Made by a program: the position numbers and the translations under genes. The notes under the pieces are model-generated. The model saw only the letters and a list, made by a program, of their open reading frames with translations. It was not told the origin of the DNA and made no database searches. Positions 9,692 to 20,738 of a stretch of DNA of 64,000 nucleotides are shown here, in pieces. The first letter of the stretch is position 1. The number at the start of each line of letters is the position of its first letter. The stretch spans positions 328,329 to 392,328 of IMG/VR virus record IMGVR_UViG_3300029893_000001, one strand, 5' to 3'.

Positions 9692-10662
9692 GCTAGAGGC
9701 TTCGTCTTCGTTCCGGTGCCAGGTCGATGCAAGGTGCTGGCGCCTTTGGCGAGAGCCTTGGTGGGCGGTGCTGCAGCATGGACTGTCTCAAGAGACTTCA
9801 TCACCGTAGCTACCTGCGCAGGCGTCTGCCGGTCATTCAACTCCTTCTTGAAGTAGTCGATCTTGCCGGTCTCTCTCGCGAAAATGCCAAAGATCACGTC
9901 TACGACGCGACCAGCTTCAGGGAGGAAGACGACACGATCTTCGCCTACCAAGCTTGCCCAAACTCGATGTTGATGGCTGTTGGTCGGGTCCGACTCTCCA
10001 CCTCCCTGGTAAGGCTTGCGGATATAGTACACAGAGTATTTCTCAGCCAACTCCGTGAAGACATCCTTTGTCGTGGCCATCTTCGGTGCAGCGGTGTGGG
10101 CATACCGCTCCGAGACGTCAGGAGAAATGGTGTCGTACGGCAACTCGTCTCCAATCATGATGAAGATTGGCTTACGAACCGCCATAGGCATCTCGACGTT
10201 TCGAGCGAAGTAAAGGGCCGCCAGTTCGTAGCTCTCCCTCCCTCCGCCTCCGCCGCCTCCTTCAATTACGAGGCTAGTTAGCCTAGCCTTCATGTCCTCA
10301 CCGTTGGCGAATTCTCCGGCCTGCATCGGATACTTGTCTGAAAACGCATCTCCGACAGCAGCGAAGCAGACTTCAGCCCCATCTCCGAAGTACTCCTTCC
10401 TCATCTCATGATCGAGGTAAGGGAGCTTCGAGAAAATAGTCGCAGGCCATTCACCCATGGACCCAGTGACATCACAGACGATCACAATGGGCGCTGGGCT
10501 ACTCGTCTTGATCGACCTTGGAAGCATGTCGATCGACGTCTTCCCTGCAGACGTGGCGGTCGCATAGCTTCGTCCGGCATAGGCGTCGTACGCCGCACGA
10601 GCGGACGCAAAGCTGTCGCCGCTAGACCATGTTGCCGGAGTGTAGTCATCACCTTCAGCCAT
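9688..10662 (-). CDS. von Willebrand factor A (vWA) domain protein
   Basis: MIDAS-like DVTGSMG, then GGGGG..ESYELA and IMIGDE; start at MAEGDDY after GGAG. Confidence 0.85.
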   Translation of the reverse strand: MAEGDDYTPATWSSGDSFASARAAYDAYAGRSYATATSAGKTSIDMLPRSIKTSSPAPIVIVCDVTGSMGEWPATIFSKLPYLDHEMRKEYFGDGAEVCFAAVGDAFSDKYPMQAGEFANGEDMKARLTSLVIEGGGGGGGRESYELAALYFARNVEMPMAVRKPIFIMIGDELPYDTISPDVSERYAHTAAPKMATTKDVFTELAEKYSVYYIRKPYQGGGESDPTNSHQHRVWASLVGEDRVVFLPEAGRVVDVIFGIFARETGKIDYFKKELNDRQTPAQVATVMKSLETVHAAAPPTKALAKGASTLHRPGTGTKTKPLA

Positions 10663-10897
10663 TTTGCTTCTCCTTGGTGGTCTTCTTGGTCCACTCAAAA
10701 ATGAGATTGACTCCCCTACTGAGGTATACCGCCTCTCCCTCGTCAAACCCCGGAGGGATCACTACGTAGGCTCGTAGTTCTGATTCCTTTGGAATCGAGA
10801 CTCCACGTTCCGAGAGAAGTTGAGCAATCTGCTCGGTTGATAGCGACACCTTACCCTTTTCGGTTTCGGTAGTCTCGATTTGGACGCTCAGTTTCAT
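10655..10897 (-). CDS. Small hypothetical protein translationally coupled to the kinase
   Basis: ATGA overlap with the kinase stop at 10894-10897. Confidence 0.55.
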   Translation of the reverse strand: MKLSVQIETTETEKGKVSLSTEQIAQLLSERGVSIPKESELRAYVVIPPGFDEGEAVYLSRGVNLIFEWTKKTTKEKQNG

Positions 10898-11922
10898 GCC
10901 GTGAAACCCGGAATTGGCTTGAGGTTTGATTGATGACGGCCGAACGAATCGACCCTCATTTGATGAAACGTCTCGATCAGATTCTCTTTCGACCAGTTTG
11001 GTCGAGAGAGGGGGTCTCTTACAATCAAACGCTTCACGAACTTGCACATGGGATCTGGAGTCGACGCTGGAACCTTGAGAGCTGACACCCCGTCGTAACT
11101 ACCGGTGAGACAATACAACATGGTCTTACCCAGGCTGTACAAGTCTGTCTCCGGAATTGGAGGCTTCCCGTCCACCATCTCCGGGGCCGAAAATAATTCG
11201 GTGTATCCCTTGGCTGCCGTCTTCCCGGTAGGACGAATGGCTGCCAGTCCGAAATCGACCAACACGGCGAGATGCTTGTGTGGCTGCACGATGACGTTCT
11301 TCGGCTTCAAATCTCCGTGCACGACGCCGTGTTGGTGAAGGTATAACAGTCCGTTCAAGAGACGCTGGGTGATCCATGCCACATTCTCTGGGTCCAAGCG
11401 TCCAGCCTTGTCAACGACCTCCTCCAGCGTTGGACCCTCAACATAGGACATGACGAGGATGATGCTCCCATCATCATGGCGAATGACATCCCTCATGGCA
11501 GGCAGTGCGTAGTGCCTCATGTCCCAAAGCGCACGAGCCTCGTCCATGAGGATAGCCTCTGATTCTGGGCCTGTCATGAAGCCCTGCTTAAGGCAGGCCG
11601 GATGCTTGAGGATGAGGTGCTCAGCTTTGTATGTAGCGCCAAAGCCGCCCTCTGCGATCTTCTCGACAACACGATAGTTGCCAATAATCGTGCCTTTCTT
11701 CGCGAGCTTCTCGAAGCGGGCGCGCTTTTGGGCGCTTACAAGGATACTGTGAGCCTCATTGATTTCCTTGGCCATGGTGTCGTCACCCCCTGACCGATCA
11801 GGATGGTACTTCACCAGCAAGGCCTTCTTGGCAGCGTCAAGAACTTCTCGCGACGCATTCACGGAGACCTGAAGGATGTCGGCCAACTCACGGAGAGTCT
11901 CCGCCTTTTCAACCAAACCCAT
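10894..11922 (-). CDS. J-domain (DnaJ) fused to a Hanks-type Ser/Thr protein kinase
   Basis: KYHPDR J-domain motif; kinase GGFG loop, HGDLKPKN, DFG, APE and DLYSLG. Confidence 0.92.
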   Translation of the reverse strand: MGLVEKAETLRELADILQVSVNASREVLDAAKKALLVKYHPDRSGGDDTMAKEINEAHSILVSAQKRARFEKLAKKGTIIGNYRVVEKIAEGGFGATYKAEHLILKHPACLKQGFMTGPESEAILMDEARALWDMRHYALPAMRDVIRHDDGSIILVMSYVEGPTLEEVVDKAGRLDPENVAWITQRLLNGLLYLHQHGVVHGDLKPKNVIVQPHKHLAVLVDFGLAAIRPTGKTAAKGYTELFSAPEMVDGKPPIPETDLYSLGKTMLYCLTGSYDGVSALKVPASTPDPMCKFVKRLIVRDPLSRPNWSKENLIETFHQMRVDSFGRHQSNLKPIPGFTA

Positions 11923-12019
11923 GGGTCACCTAGTTCTTCTGCGGGCTGGATGCGGGCTTTTCGGCGGGAAGCCCATACAGCTCTGCGATTCGATTGTGCG
12001 CCATCTAGTACCCTCCAAC

Positions 12020-12060
12020 GAGAATCGCCAGATGGTCACTCTTACCATCTGGCGATTCTC
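12020..12060 (-). terminator. Perfect 17-bp hairpin after ORF 12062-12604
   Basis: GAGAATCGCCAGATGGT-7nt-ACCATCTGGCGATTCTC. Confidence 0.6.
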
Positions 12061-12061
12061 T

Positions 12062-12604
12062 TCATGACGATTCCCTCTCTACGAGAAGGGGGCCAATGAG
12101 CCCGGTTTGTGTGTCCCAATACCTTTTTCGCTCCAAGAATCTCGAAATTGCGGGAGCAAAAGAGGAGTCCACGGGCAAGTATTCCTGTCTCATCTGAGAC
12201 ACCAGCCTTTGTAGGTGCGCCACCTGCTGAGCAGCGTAGGCTTTCCTAGCCCGCAGTGTCTCTGTCGTAAGCGAGTCCAAGAACACGCGCAAGTCTCTCC
12301 TTAGGGACTTAGGTGTCTTCAGAGGCGGAGCAGAAACTACAACAGGAGCAGGCGCCGTGGGGGTTTTCTCGGAAATGAGAATCTTCGTAATACGCTCTGC
12401 GCTTTTTCGCTTCTTTTCAGATAGATCCGGCGGTCTGTGGAGAGACTCGGCTTCAATGCCAACAATCTCCTGGAATTCAGCGAGGTCTGTGGCCAGTGTC
12501 CGAAGACGAGTTCCGTTCCTGGCATTCCATTTTGACCGCTTCCTGTGGTTTTGAGTTTTCTTGGACCCGAATTTTCTCCTAAGACCTCGGTAGGTCCGAC
12601 CCAT
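12062..12604 (-). CDS. Basic hypothetical protein
   Basis: GGAGG RBS and promoter motif 12625-12640 directly upstream. Confidence 0.65.
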   Translation of the reverse strand: MGRTYRGLRRKFGSKKTQNHRKRSKWNARNGTRLRTLATDLAEFQEIVGIEAESLHRPPDLSEKKRKSAERITKILISEKTPTAPAPVVVSAPPLKTPKSLRRDLRVFLDSLTTETLRARKAYAAQQVAHLQRLVSQMRQEYLPVDSSFAPAISRFLERKRYWDTQTGLIGPLLVERESS

Positions 12605-13275
12605 GCTTGACCTCCTCGCTACTTACTATCGGCAGGGTTCAAGGTTCATGAGTCTGCTCCTTCAACCCACCATGTGTAGTTGCAAGCCAAGCAGACGTAC
12701 TTGTAGTCTTCATATCCACCACATGACGATTCCCACATTCGACAAATGGCTTCCCTCTGCTCGCACTTTCGGCAGCAGTATTTCTCCTCTTCCGGAGGAG
12801 AAAAGGTTCCGCTTAATTCTGACATGGGTTTGTTGTGCATCAGGCACCTACCACAACAATAGGCTTATACTCAAACACCGTTAGGAAATGGTAGGCTTTC
12901 GAGTCACCAACCTGGCCTTCGTAGATCTTTTCCTCTGGCTTTAGGTCTCGACCGAAAAAGGTGCCACGAACCCTACTAATATCCGCAGCATTGGGCTTCT
13001 TGACTTTGTTCCCGTCGCGACGGTAAGCGATCACGTGATAGCTGACTTTCTTCACGTCCGAGTCTTGGATGTGAAGAGGAGACACACAGGCCAACACGTG
13101 TAGGTTTTGCCCCCGCATGTGAAATTGGTTTGTGAGTCTTCCCTCGTACTCAGTCTCCTCGCCCTGGATCCACACACGCGAATCCAGTTCATCGGGTAGA
13201 ACTCCGGCCAGTGCTTCTCCGACCCATTCGCCATCCTGTTCAGTCGCAGCGATTGATACAGTCATTTTATTCCAC

Positions 13276-13905
13276 CTACTTTCTAGGTCCCGTGCGTTCG
13301 TCATGAATTACGACAGAGCGCTCTGGCACCAAAGTTAAGATCTCGTCTGAGACGTTACGTCGGGCCTGCTGCTCGTACTTGTCTCGAAAATGTTGAGACA
13401 GGTAAATCTGATCTCGTGCAAGAAGACCAAGAAGAATACGACGCCTCCCTTCACGGAAGGTATTTTCGTCTAGAAAAGCGTACTCTCTTCGAATCTTCTG
13501 TGTGTAATCTAGGTATTCCGCCTCAGAACGTCCTAGGATCGCTAGATCGATGTCGAGGAAGTAGGAGAACAGATGAGTATGTTCCCACGTATAATCAGGA
13601 ATTTGATGATCGGATGTCGACATGATCATGTCGTACACAAGGTGAATGGGGACACTCTCTACGCCACCAGGATAAAGAAGATCCGCGCTATTACACTCGT
13701 TGACACCCGGAGGGGCTTGTGGGTCATAGACCGCGTCGTGGAACCAAATCGCAGCCTCCAACACGGAGGCCTCATCGTCAGAGACGAAAGGACGCACATC
13801 ATGCAGCTCTCGAAGACAGTGCATGATATGGTCAAGATTGTGGTAATGACGATGGGGCTCGGTGTAGAGCGTTACCAGGTGGGCTCGTTGCGCAAGCGTA
13901 AGCAT
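13276..13905 (-). CDS. HD-superfamily metal-dependent phosphohydrolase
   Basis: RHYHNLDHI, WFHDAVYDP, DIDLAIL and IRREY motifs. Confidence 0.88.
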   Translation of the reverse strand: MLTLAQRAHLVTLYTEPHRHYHNLDHIMHCLRELHDVRPFVSDDEASVLEAAIWFHDAVYDPQAPPGVNECNSADLLYPGGVESVPIHLVYDMIMSTSDHQIPDYTWEHTHLFSYFLDIDLAILGRSEAEYLDYTQKIRREYAFLDENTFREGRRRILLGLLARDQIYLSQHFRDKYEQQARRNVSDEILTLVPERSVVIHDERTGPRK

Positions 13906-14180
13906 CCTATGCTGTTTACACAGCGTGCTCACGCTTCATGCAATGCGGACATTTTAGACGGACCGTCTTAGGACGTTCGGTGAATGTTCCATCAACACCC
14001 CAGCCCCCATTTTGCAGAGCATCTAGGATATCTTGTCCTGTTTCTTGCGGGGATTCCATCGAGAAGGGCTGGACACTGTGACAGCGCGGCTCGTCGCAAC
14101 GAGCATGCATCGTGATAGACATTATTCACCTCCGTCAGTTCATTATTCACCATCCAGAATAGCGCAGAGATCACCCCCAA

Positions 14181-14405
14181 TCACTGGAGGCGTCCGACCT
14201 CTTTGCCGTCAACTGGAATTAAGATACCTTTTGGGAGGACAGGAACATCCGAGAAGGCGTTGTCTACCTCCCCTCCTTGTCCAAATCGCTCATCAATTAC
14301 TGATTCAAGCTGCTTCGGGCTGAAGCGAATGCATAAAGGATTAGGGCATTCAGCGGTAGAGAACCCTACGTATGCATCGTTCGCACCACAGGTGGGACAC
14401 TTCAT
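14181..14405 (-). CDS. Small Cys4 zinc-finger protein
   Basis: CPTCG...YVGF..AECPNPLC; module shared with 14411-14896 and 27755-28105. Confidence 0.6.
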   Translation of the reverse strand: MKCPTCGANDAYVGFSTAECPNPLCIRFSPKQLESVIDERFGQGGEVDNAFSDVPVLPKGILIPVDGKEVGRLQ

Positions 14406-14410
14406 CTTGC

Positions 14411-14896
14411 TCACCCAGAACAAAGAAATTCAAAGGTTTCGTTCTCTTCGTCGAAGAGAATAGCGGTAGTATAGAGCAATTCATAGGATGAGCCATGTAA
14501 CTCAACCTGGACCTGGTAGGTGGTCTCGTTGGACGACGTTAACGTAGCCGTGAACGGCTTGCCAGATACTGTAGCGAAGGCCCTATCACCTTTGGGCACC
14601 TCGAATCTAGTAAGGGTGATGGACTCACCTTCAACAGAGTGGCATAGCTCAACATAGAGAGGATTCGTTGTAGTCTTGATGGTTATCATCTCGACAATTT
14701 CAGGATTCTCTATGACGATTATACGGGCCTTCAATTCTTCGACATAGCGAAGGCCGGGTACTGTCTTCCCTAGACATGCGTCTTTGTGCCTCTGCGAGAA
14801 ATAGAGACAAGCGGCGTTGACGCACTCAATCGTGAAGCCTGAATTGTAGACTTCTTCCGCACTGCAAAAGGGACACTGTGCCACACTACTCTCCAC
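14411..14896 (-). CDS. Hypothetical protein with an N-terminal Cys4 zinc finger
   Basis: CPFCS...YNSGFTIECVNAAC. Confidence 0.6.
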   Translation of the reverse strand: MESSVAQCPFCSAEEVYNSGFTIECVNAACLYFSQRHKDACLGKTVPGLRYVEELKARIIVIENPEIVEMITIKTTTNPLYVELCHSVEGESITLTRFEVPKGDRAFATVSGKPFTATLTSSNETTYQVQVELHGSSYELLYTTAILFDEENETFEFLCSG

Positions 14897-15653
14897 TACC
14901 TAAGCGGTAGAATTGACCACGTTTGATCATTCGCGCCAAACGTTGGCGGTATGACTCTTCAGATTCGCTGTCTCTACGAGGAATGACTTCGCTTGCCAGA
15001 TCAACTGCCAGGCACCAAATTGAATTGGTGCAATGCGTAATTGGAGTACCTACAGTCCTAGCGTCGCGTCCTTCTCCCACCGTGCACGGTCGGCTCGATC
15101 TCGCTCTTAGCCGGCGGCCGAGGGCGGGCTGGGAGCCAAGAACGCCGTCAGGCGATCCGTGCCCGCGGTCACGGCCTCGTGGGCTCCGGCGCGGGCTCGT
15201 CGAGTGCCAACTTTGCCACCTCAAACAGCCGCGCCCATAAGGTCGCTTCGTCGCCCTTTTCCGGGCGGGGCTTCCTGACTTCCGTGCAGAATACGCAACA
15301 ACACTCTAATTCTGCAGTTGTCCAGACTAAGTCGTCGTACTTAGGCATATCCGTCCTCGATATCCCATTTACATCGGGTGCAGTACGAGTTACATCGGGT
15401 GCAGTACGAGTCTTCGGTGTGAAAAAGACCTATTCCACATTTGGTACAGTTGCGAGTAGCTTTTGCTCTGGTTGAGCATGCGATACACTGCCAATCAAAA
15501 GGCTTTGGCTCTCCCGCGTCGATTGCTGCAGCTCGAACTCGTGAACACGTACATCCGTTCGGGTCTGAAAAACATATCCGTTCCCGCCGCTTAAAAATGA
15601 GATTCGTGCGCCGCGGGATTGCACGAAACTAAAGCGTGGCTTAATGTCCATGC

Positions 15654-15845
15654 GTGCGCGGGGCGACCGCCAGCTCGCCCGACTGGGACCGCCTCTTCGA
15701 GATCGCGGCCGCCCAGGATGGGCTCTTCACGACGCGGCAGGCGGCCGAGGCCGGCTATTCGCCGCAGCTGCTCGCGCACCATCTGGGCGCCGGACGCGTG
15801 ATCGAGGAACCCTCCCGCGCGCCAGCGGTGAGCATTGGGGAGTGA
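15654..15845 (+). pseudogene. Truncated AbiEi-type (type IV TA) antitoxin N-terminal fragment
   Basis: WDRLFEIAAAQDGLFTTRQAAEAGYSPQLLAHH fits the AbiEi wHTH start; very GC-rich; frame ends after about 60 aa; preceded by TTGCAC-17nt-TAATGT. Confidence 0.7.
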
Positions 15846-16155
15846 CCCCGACGAAAAATGAAGTAGATGGACTAGGCGGGAGTTGAACGCCGCACGACGC
15901 CCAGGGTTGCCCGGAAGCATTGCCCCGAACGCCATCCCTCTAGCCCTGAACCCTTATCTGTTCTTGCGCTGGGACTTTCGGGCCATCTTCCGGCGCTTCC
16001 GGTTCTGAGCCTTCCGCTTCTGCATTTGCCTCATACGGGACGCTGTGGTTACCCCAGTTTCGTACGCCTGAACGTCAGTTGTGGTATCCTGCGCCTCTTC
16101 CGCTAGGCTGTCCTGAAGATTTGCGTTCGTGATGTTGTCGGGAACATGCATTTCA

Positions 16156-16701
16156 CTAACCTATTCGTCTAAGAGAGGGTTCGCCTAAGAGGTGAATGGC
16201 TCTTTCCACGTTTTTTCTCGTAATTCCCACCCGGGAATCGGTCTGCACGAGGAACTGCTCTCGTGGGATACGAGTGCAGCGAACGAGCCGATCCCAATCA
16301 TGCTCCTGGTCATCCAGGACCACAAACTTCTCTACCTGGTCGACAAAAGCCCACATGAAGAGGAAGTCGTAAATCTCGTCCGCACGAGTTGTTTCCTCGT
16401 ACACGCTCCCATCTTCATTCGTCGTCCACTGCAGGAGAGGCGTTGCTGCCAACACGGGGCGCAGCCCGGCCCGAGCCAGTACGACGCTCATTCTGGGGTC
16501 GGACCGGGTACTACTCGACAGTATGATATCCGCTCCCGTCTGGTCTACGATTTCGTTGACCAGCAGGACTTTGGACGGGTCGATCCACCGGACGAGATCA
16601 TCAATCGTGGACTTGAGGTCCGGGACCAAATTGTTTCTTCGCCCCCAATCGACATCGTTGAGGACGCCGTCTACATCAAGGAAGAGAAACTTGAGACTCA
16701 T
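16156..16701 (-). CDS. HAD-superfamily phosphatase (Swiss-Army-knife RNA-repair-like HAD)
   Basis: FLDVDGVLN, IILSSS, RADEI and VVLDD motifs. Confidence 0.85.
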   Translation of the reverse strand: MSLKFLFLDVDGVLNDVDWGRRNNLVPDLKSTIDDLVRWIDPSKVLLVNEIVDQTGADIILSSSTRSDPRMSVVLARAGLRPVLAATPLLQWTTNEDGSVYEETTRADEIYDFLFMWAFVDQVEKFVVLDDQEHDWDRLVRCTRIPREQFLVQTDSRVGITRKNVERAIHLLGEPSLRRIG

Positions 16702-18202
16702 GCACGTTTCCAGTCGTCCGTGCGGACCAACTCAACGATACGATATTCCGCGTCCGTTCCTGCGCGCTTCCAGCCATCCTGGGTCTTGACATACCACACG
16801 GTGCCTCTGCCTCGGTACGTTCTGACGCTAGCATGGTTTCCGATGGAAACCTCGATGCTCAGTTCCTGTTCACCGGTGCCCAGAAACCGTCGGCTCAGAA
16901 GCTGCCAATGCGCGGCCTCTGCCAACACCGCTCCACCTGCGCGGAGGATAAACCGCACCGCGAACACAGCGAGGAGAGCCACGCCGCAGACAAGCAAAAT
17001 GGCGGCGATCGTGTCAGCCACAGGAATCTGTCTCTATGTAATAGAAATTAGGGTCTGTGACGCGATGCATCTCCGGCAGAAAATCCACCAAAATTCGAGT
17101 CTGGCCGATTTGAGCCCAGTCAAAGGGTCGGTCCCGTTCGTCCACGTCCTCCACCATTTCCATGACAATGGGGTCGTAGATCAACTCCTCCCACGCTTCG
17201 AACGACATCACGACACGCTTGACGCCATCGATGCTCCCGATGAACTCGAAAGTGTCAGTGAATTCCACGGCGCGACCGGTCGCCTTGATCTGCCGTAGCT
17301 CTTCACTCCGTGCTGGCCACAAGTCCAGATCCAGCGGGCCCACCAGACTCTGGAGTTTTTGTAAGAGACTCAGATTCATCGTACGTACTTTTGGTTCAGG
17401 GCGGTAAGAAAAGAGTCTTCGAGATAAGCGTCGCGATCGGCGCAGAACTCCTCGTACTCTGGAGTTCCTTTTGCCGGCCACGGAATTTGGTCTTCGGGTA
17501 TCGGTTCTTGTGGAGTGAACGCCGGCTCCCCGGTTTTGGCGAGAACCACGTCAGTACGAAGGCAGTCACTGCACGTCAGGAACATGCCGAACGGCAGCTT
17601 CTTCTTGCAAAAGCGGAAGCACCAGGGGCACCGAGTGAAGTACCCGTTCTCCGCCGCGCGTGTTTTCCACTGATCCATCACGGAAAGCTCTCAATCAATT
17701 CTGCTTTTCCTGCTTTGATAGGATTTCGCCTACGTGCAGCTCGGGCGCTTATCTTGCGGGACCCTGTTCGGGTACTCGTTGCGAGTACTGTTCGGCGTGC
17801 CCAGACCCAGTCTTTACCAAACTTGAACCCGATCTCAGCCCCCGTGTGCATCCGGAAGGTGGATCGCTTTGACGCCGCTTTCCCCCGGACCAGTCCGAGA
17901 GTTGACGGGTTCTTTCCGCCCACGATGACTCCGACTGAGCCGTCGTGATGATGGTACGCACGAACTACTTTCATGATACACCCCAGACACACGCAGCCGC
18001 TGTTGGTGCGCTCATCTCGTCTTTACTGTGCAAGTGCTTACTTGAGGCTACGGTCGTCTTTTGCCGAGAAGTAAGCAGAACCGAGCATGTACAACACCAC
18101 AAACCCGATTATAGCAAGTGGTGTGGTAACGGCGACGTAGATTAGGGCCAGCGCGTGAATCCAGTCCATGGGTCCTCCCCACTTAAATAGGGGAGTTAGG
18201 AC

Positions 18203-18928
18203 TCAGTCCTCATCTTCGTAGCTTTCTTCCTCGGGAAACTTTCCGTAGACTTTCTTGTAAACAGCGCGGGCACGCGATTCGTTCTTGGCAGGACGGAATT
18301 CCTCATACGTATTTACAGTAGAACTGTATACGCCCTCGCCCGCGAAGGCGTCACCCTCATCGTACGTAGCGATCGTAAATGTGAGGGTAGGGTACATGAG
18401 GAGGAGCTTTTCGAAGATCGGCGCCGGGAAACTCCAAGCTGTCTGAAATTCGAACAGGAATTGGCCACCAGGGACATCATGCAAATGTACCTTGACCTCG
18501 TACGAACTCCACTTCGTTCCCCAGTGTGCCTTGTTCCACTCATACCAGTCTGTGAAACCTGTCGCGTCGTATGCCTGGGCGCTTTTCTCTCCGGCTAGAA
18601 CGGCCTGTGGCTTCTCTTTCTTGAGCCACTCAAGGAACTCTTCGCGACTGTTTATGAAGGCAGGGGCGGCACGAGGATACTCTGCCCTGAATTGCTCCCA
18701 CGAGATAGGCGATGGCTTTCTGGCCAAAAATCCAGCGTAGAGCCCCCGAAGAGCATACAAGCCCATCTGGGCGTGCGTACTCGATTCAGTTCCTTCAATC
18801 TCCGGTGGTGTTGGGATGATCTTGTTGAAGTCAAAGGGCTCATCCCCTTCGAAAAGGTCAGCCCTGAACTTGGCTACGTCTTCACTCGGTCCCGAGACGG
18901 CACATTGCGTCGTAACGTGATTCGGCAT
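18203..18928 (-). CDS. DUF1281 / YubB-ferredoxin-like family protein
   Basis: MPNHV start, FDFNKIIP, WYEWNKAHWGTKW and FQTAWSFP motifs. Confidence 0.75.
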   Translation of the reverse strand: MPNHVTTQCAVSGPSEDVAKFRADLFEGDEPFDFNKIIPTPPEIEGTESSTHAQMGLYALRGLYAGFLARKPSPISWEQFRAEYPRAAPAFINSREEFLEWLKKEKPQAVLAGEKSAQAYDATGFTDWYEWNKAHWGTKWSSYEVKVHLHDVPGGQFLFEFQTAWSFPAPIFEKLLLMYPTLTFTIATYDEGDAFAGEGVYSSTVNTYEEFRPAKNESRARAVYKKVYGKFPEEESYEDED

Positions 18929-18938
18929 TTCAGTTCTC

Positions 18939-19523
18939 CTAAACGCGGCTGCGCAGGTACGCCCAGCGCTCTTCGAACATGGATTGGAAGGCTGTTTCTA
19001 GTGGTCGGGGCTCTGTCATCACGACCTCGTAAATCTTACGGGCGGCGAGGAAGTCGTAGATTCGGCCCGACTCTACAATTTGGATCGCAAAGTCCAACAC
19101 CCGGAAAGCGTGGTAGACTCTCTCAGGATCATTGATTCGAATGCCCTTGGAGTAATCCGCTTGTGCCTTTTCTAGCGCAGAAAAGACCACCCGCTCTCGA
19201 TGGGCATCATCTTTGACCTTGAAGGTCTCGAATTCCACCAGACGCTTGAGTATGTGGGACGAAGGAGCAAATACGCACTCCAGCGAGAAGATGTTCCCGT
19301 TCCGGAGGCTGTCTTGGAACGAGGAGATTCCTCGAACGATGACATCAATTCCAGTGCCACGAGCTAAGTCGTCTCGGGTGCAGTCAGCCAAGACCACCAC
19401 GTAATCACGGTCCGATTCCGGCGTAGCCGTTCCGTACACCTGGCTCCCAACGCGAAACGCCGCGAGGACTTCCTTATCCTCACGGCGTGCAACATGAAGC
19501 ACCTGTTGGTATTCAGGTTCCAT
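18939..19523 (-). CDS. Nucleotidyltransferase (Pol-beta superfamily)
   Basis: VGSQVYGTATPESDRDYVVV (GS...DxD); start moved to MEPEYQ. Confidence 0.85.
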   Translation of the reverse strand: MEPEYQQVLHVARREDKEVLAAFRVGSQVYGTATPESDRDYVVVLADCTRDDLARGTGIDVIVRGISSFQDSLRNGNIFSLECVFAPSSHILKRLVEFETFKVKDDAHRERVVFSALEKAQADYSKGIRINDPERVYHAFRVLDFAIQIVESGRIYDFLAARKIYEVVMTEPRPLETAFQSMFEERWAYLRSRV

Positions 19524-19909
19524 TGTTCCACTCAGCCCTGCCGCCAGTGTCCTGCCAGCGCAATTGGGTCTCGAAATGGTCGTCTCCATCCCACCGAGGA
19601 GCAAATGCTGCAAACACACCTACCCGACGACCTGTTGTCTTCTGCACGTAAGGAAACAGCTCACCTCGACGGTAAGCCCAAACCCCTCCGTGAATACGCC
19701 TGAGGTGTTCGATGATTCGCCCGCCTAACCACCTACGTCTCGTCAGCACGGCGTCACCAAAAGACGAAGAATTCGAGCCAGAAGAATGATAGCCCTACCG
19801 AGAAATTTCCTTTGTCAACCCGCACCCAATGCGACCTACGCTGAGTCCACCAACGCGGGCACCACTGAACTACGAATTCACACCCAAGAAGAGCAAGTCG
19901 CATATCAAT

Positions 19910-20299
19910 TCAACGGAGGTCTCTGTATAGTTCGAGAATCGCGTTGTCGTTCATAGTGATATACTGGTCGAAGGGAAACCAGTGGATGCCACGTACGTAC
20001 TCTGGCATGAATCCAACTTGCTGGTTGTAACAGTCGACCACGACAATGGGATGTTCGTTGTCCTGAAGCTCTGAGGAAATTCCGAAGCCGGTTTCCTCTT
20101 CTTCGGAGCCGCGAGTCATGGCATTGAACACCATTCGAGCAAGGTAGGCAGGGTCATCCCACCTAGCCTTTCGCTGAAGCACGTTCTGCACGATGACTGG
20201 AAGCTCGGACCCTAACCAGTGGGTGTAGAGGAATACACCGTTCTTGGACTCGGGTATGGAACCTCGCTTCGGGAAAAACACATTTGCACGGTCGCCCAT
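19910..20299 (-). CDS. Conserved phage hypothetical protein (MGDRA...YxHWxG type)
   Basis: Strong AGGAGG RBS; promoter motif 20355-20370 upstream. Confidence 0.7.
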   Translation of the reverse strand: MGDRANVFFPKRGSIPESKNGVFLYTHWLGSELPVIVQNVLQRKARWDDPAYLARMVFNAMTRGSEEEETGFGISSELQDNEHPIVVVDCYNQQVGFMPEYVRGIHWFPFDQYITMNDNAILELYRDLR

Positions 20300-20738
20300 G
20301 ATGAACCTCCTTACAGAGATTTAGTCGCAGCCCGGCTGGAGACTACTCTTCTGTACTATCGTTAGGGTTCGACCGGCCACGGGCCTCCAGATCGTCAGCG
20401 AGAGCTGCGTAGAGGTTCTCCTCGTCGTCGGTGACCGCCCGGTTTCCAGGCCACGCATTCAGGCTCTCGGACGAGCGAGCCTGCTCTGCAGGACAGGGGT
20501 ACATCCCTCGTTGTGGGGGCTCACCCGTGAACGAGATCCTCTTATCGATTCGATCTTGCTGCAACTCCGGATGCATATCGCAATACTTGCATTTGCCTGG
20601 TGCGTGAAGGATTCGATTGTCACAGTGCGGAAATTGGGCCATCATCCTCACCTCCGTGAGACTAAGATTGGGCTGGTCTGAACTGAGTCTGCCCGTTCGA
20701 ACGCCGTTTCTGTAGACCTCTCGGTTACTCATAATCTC

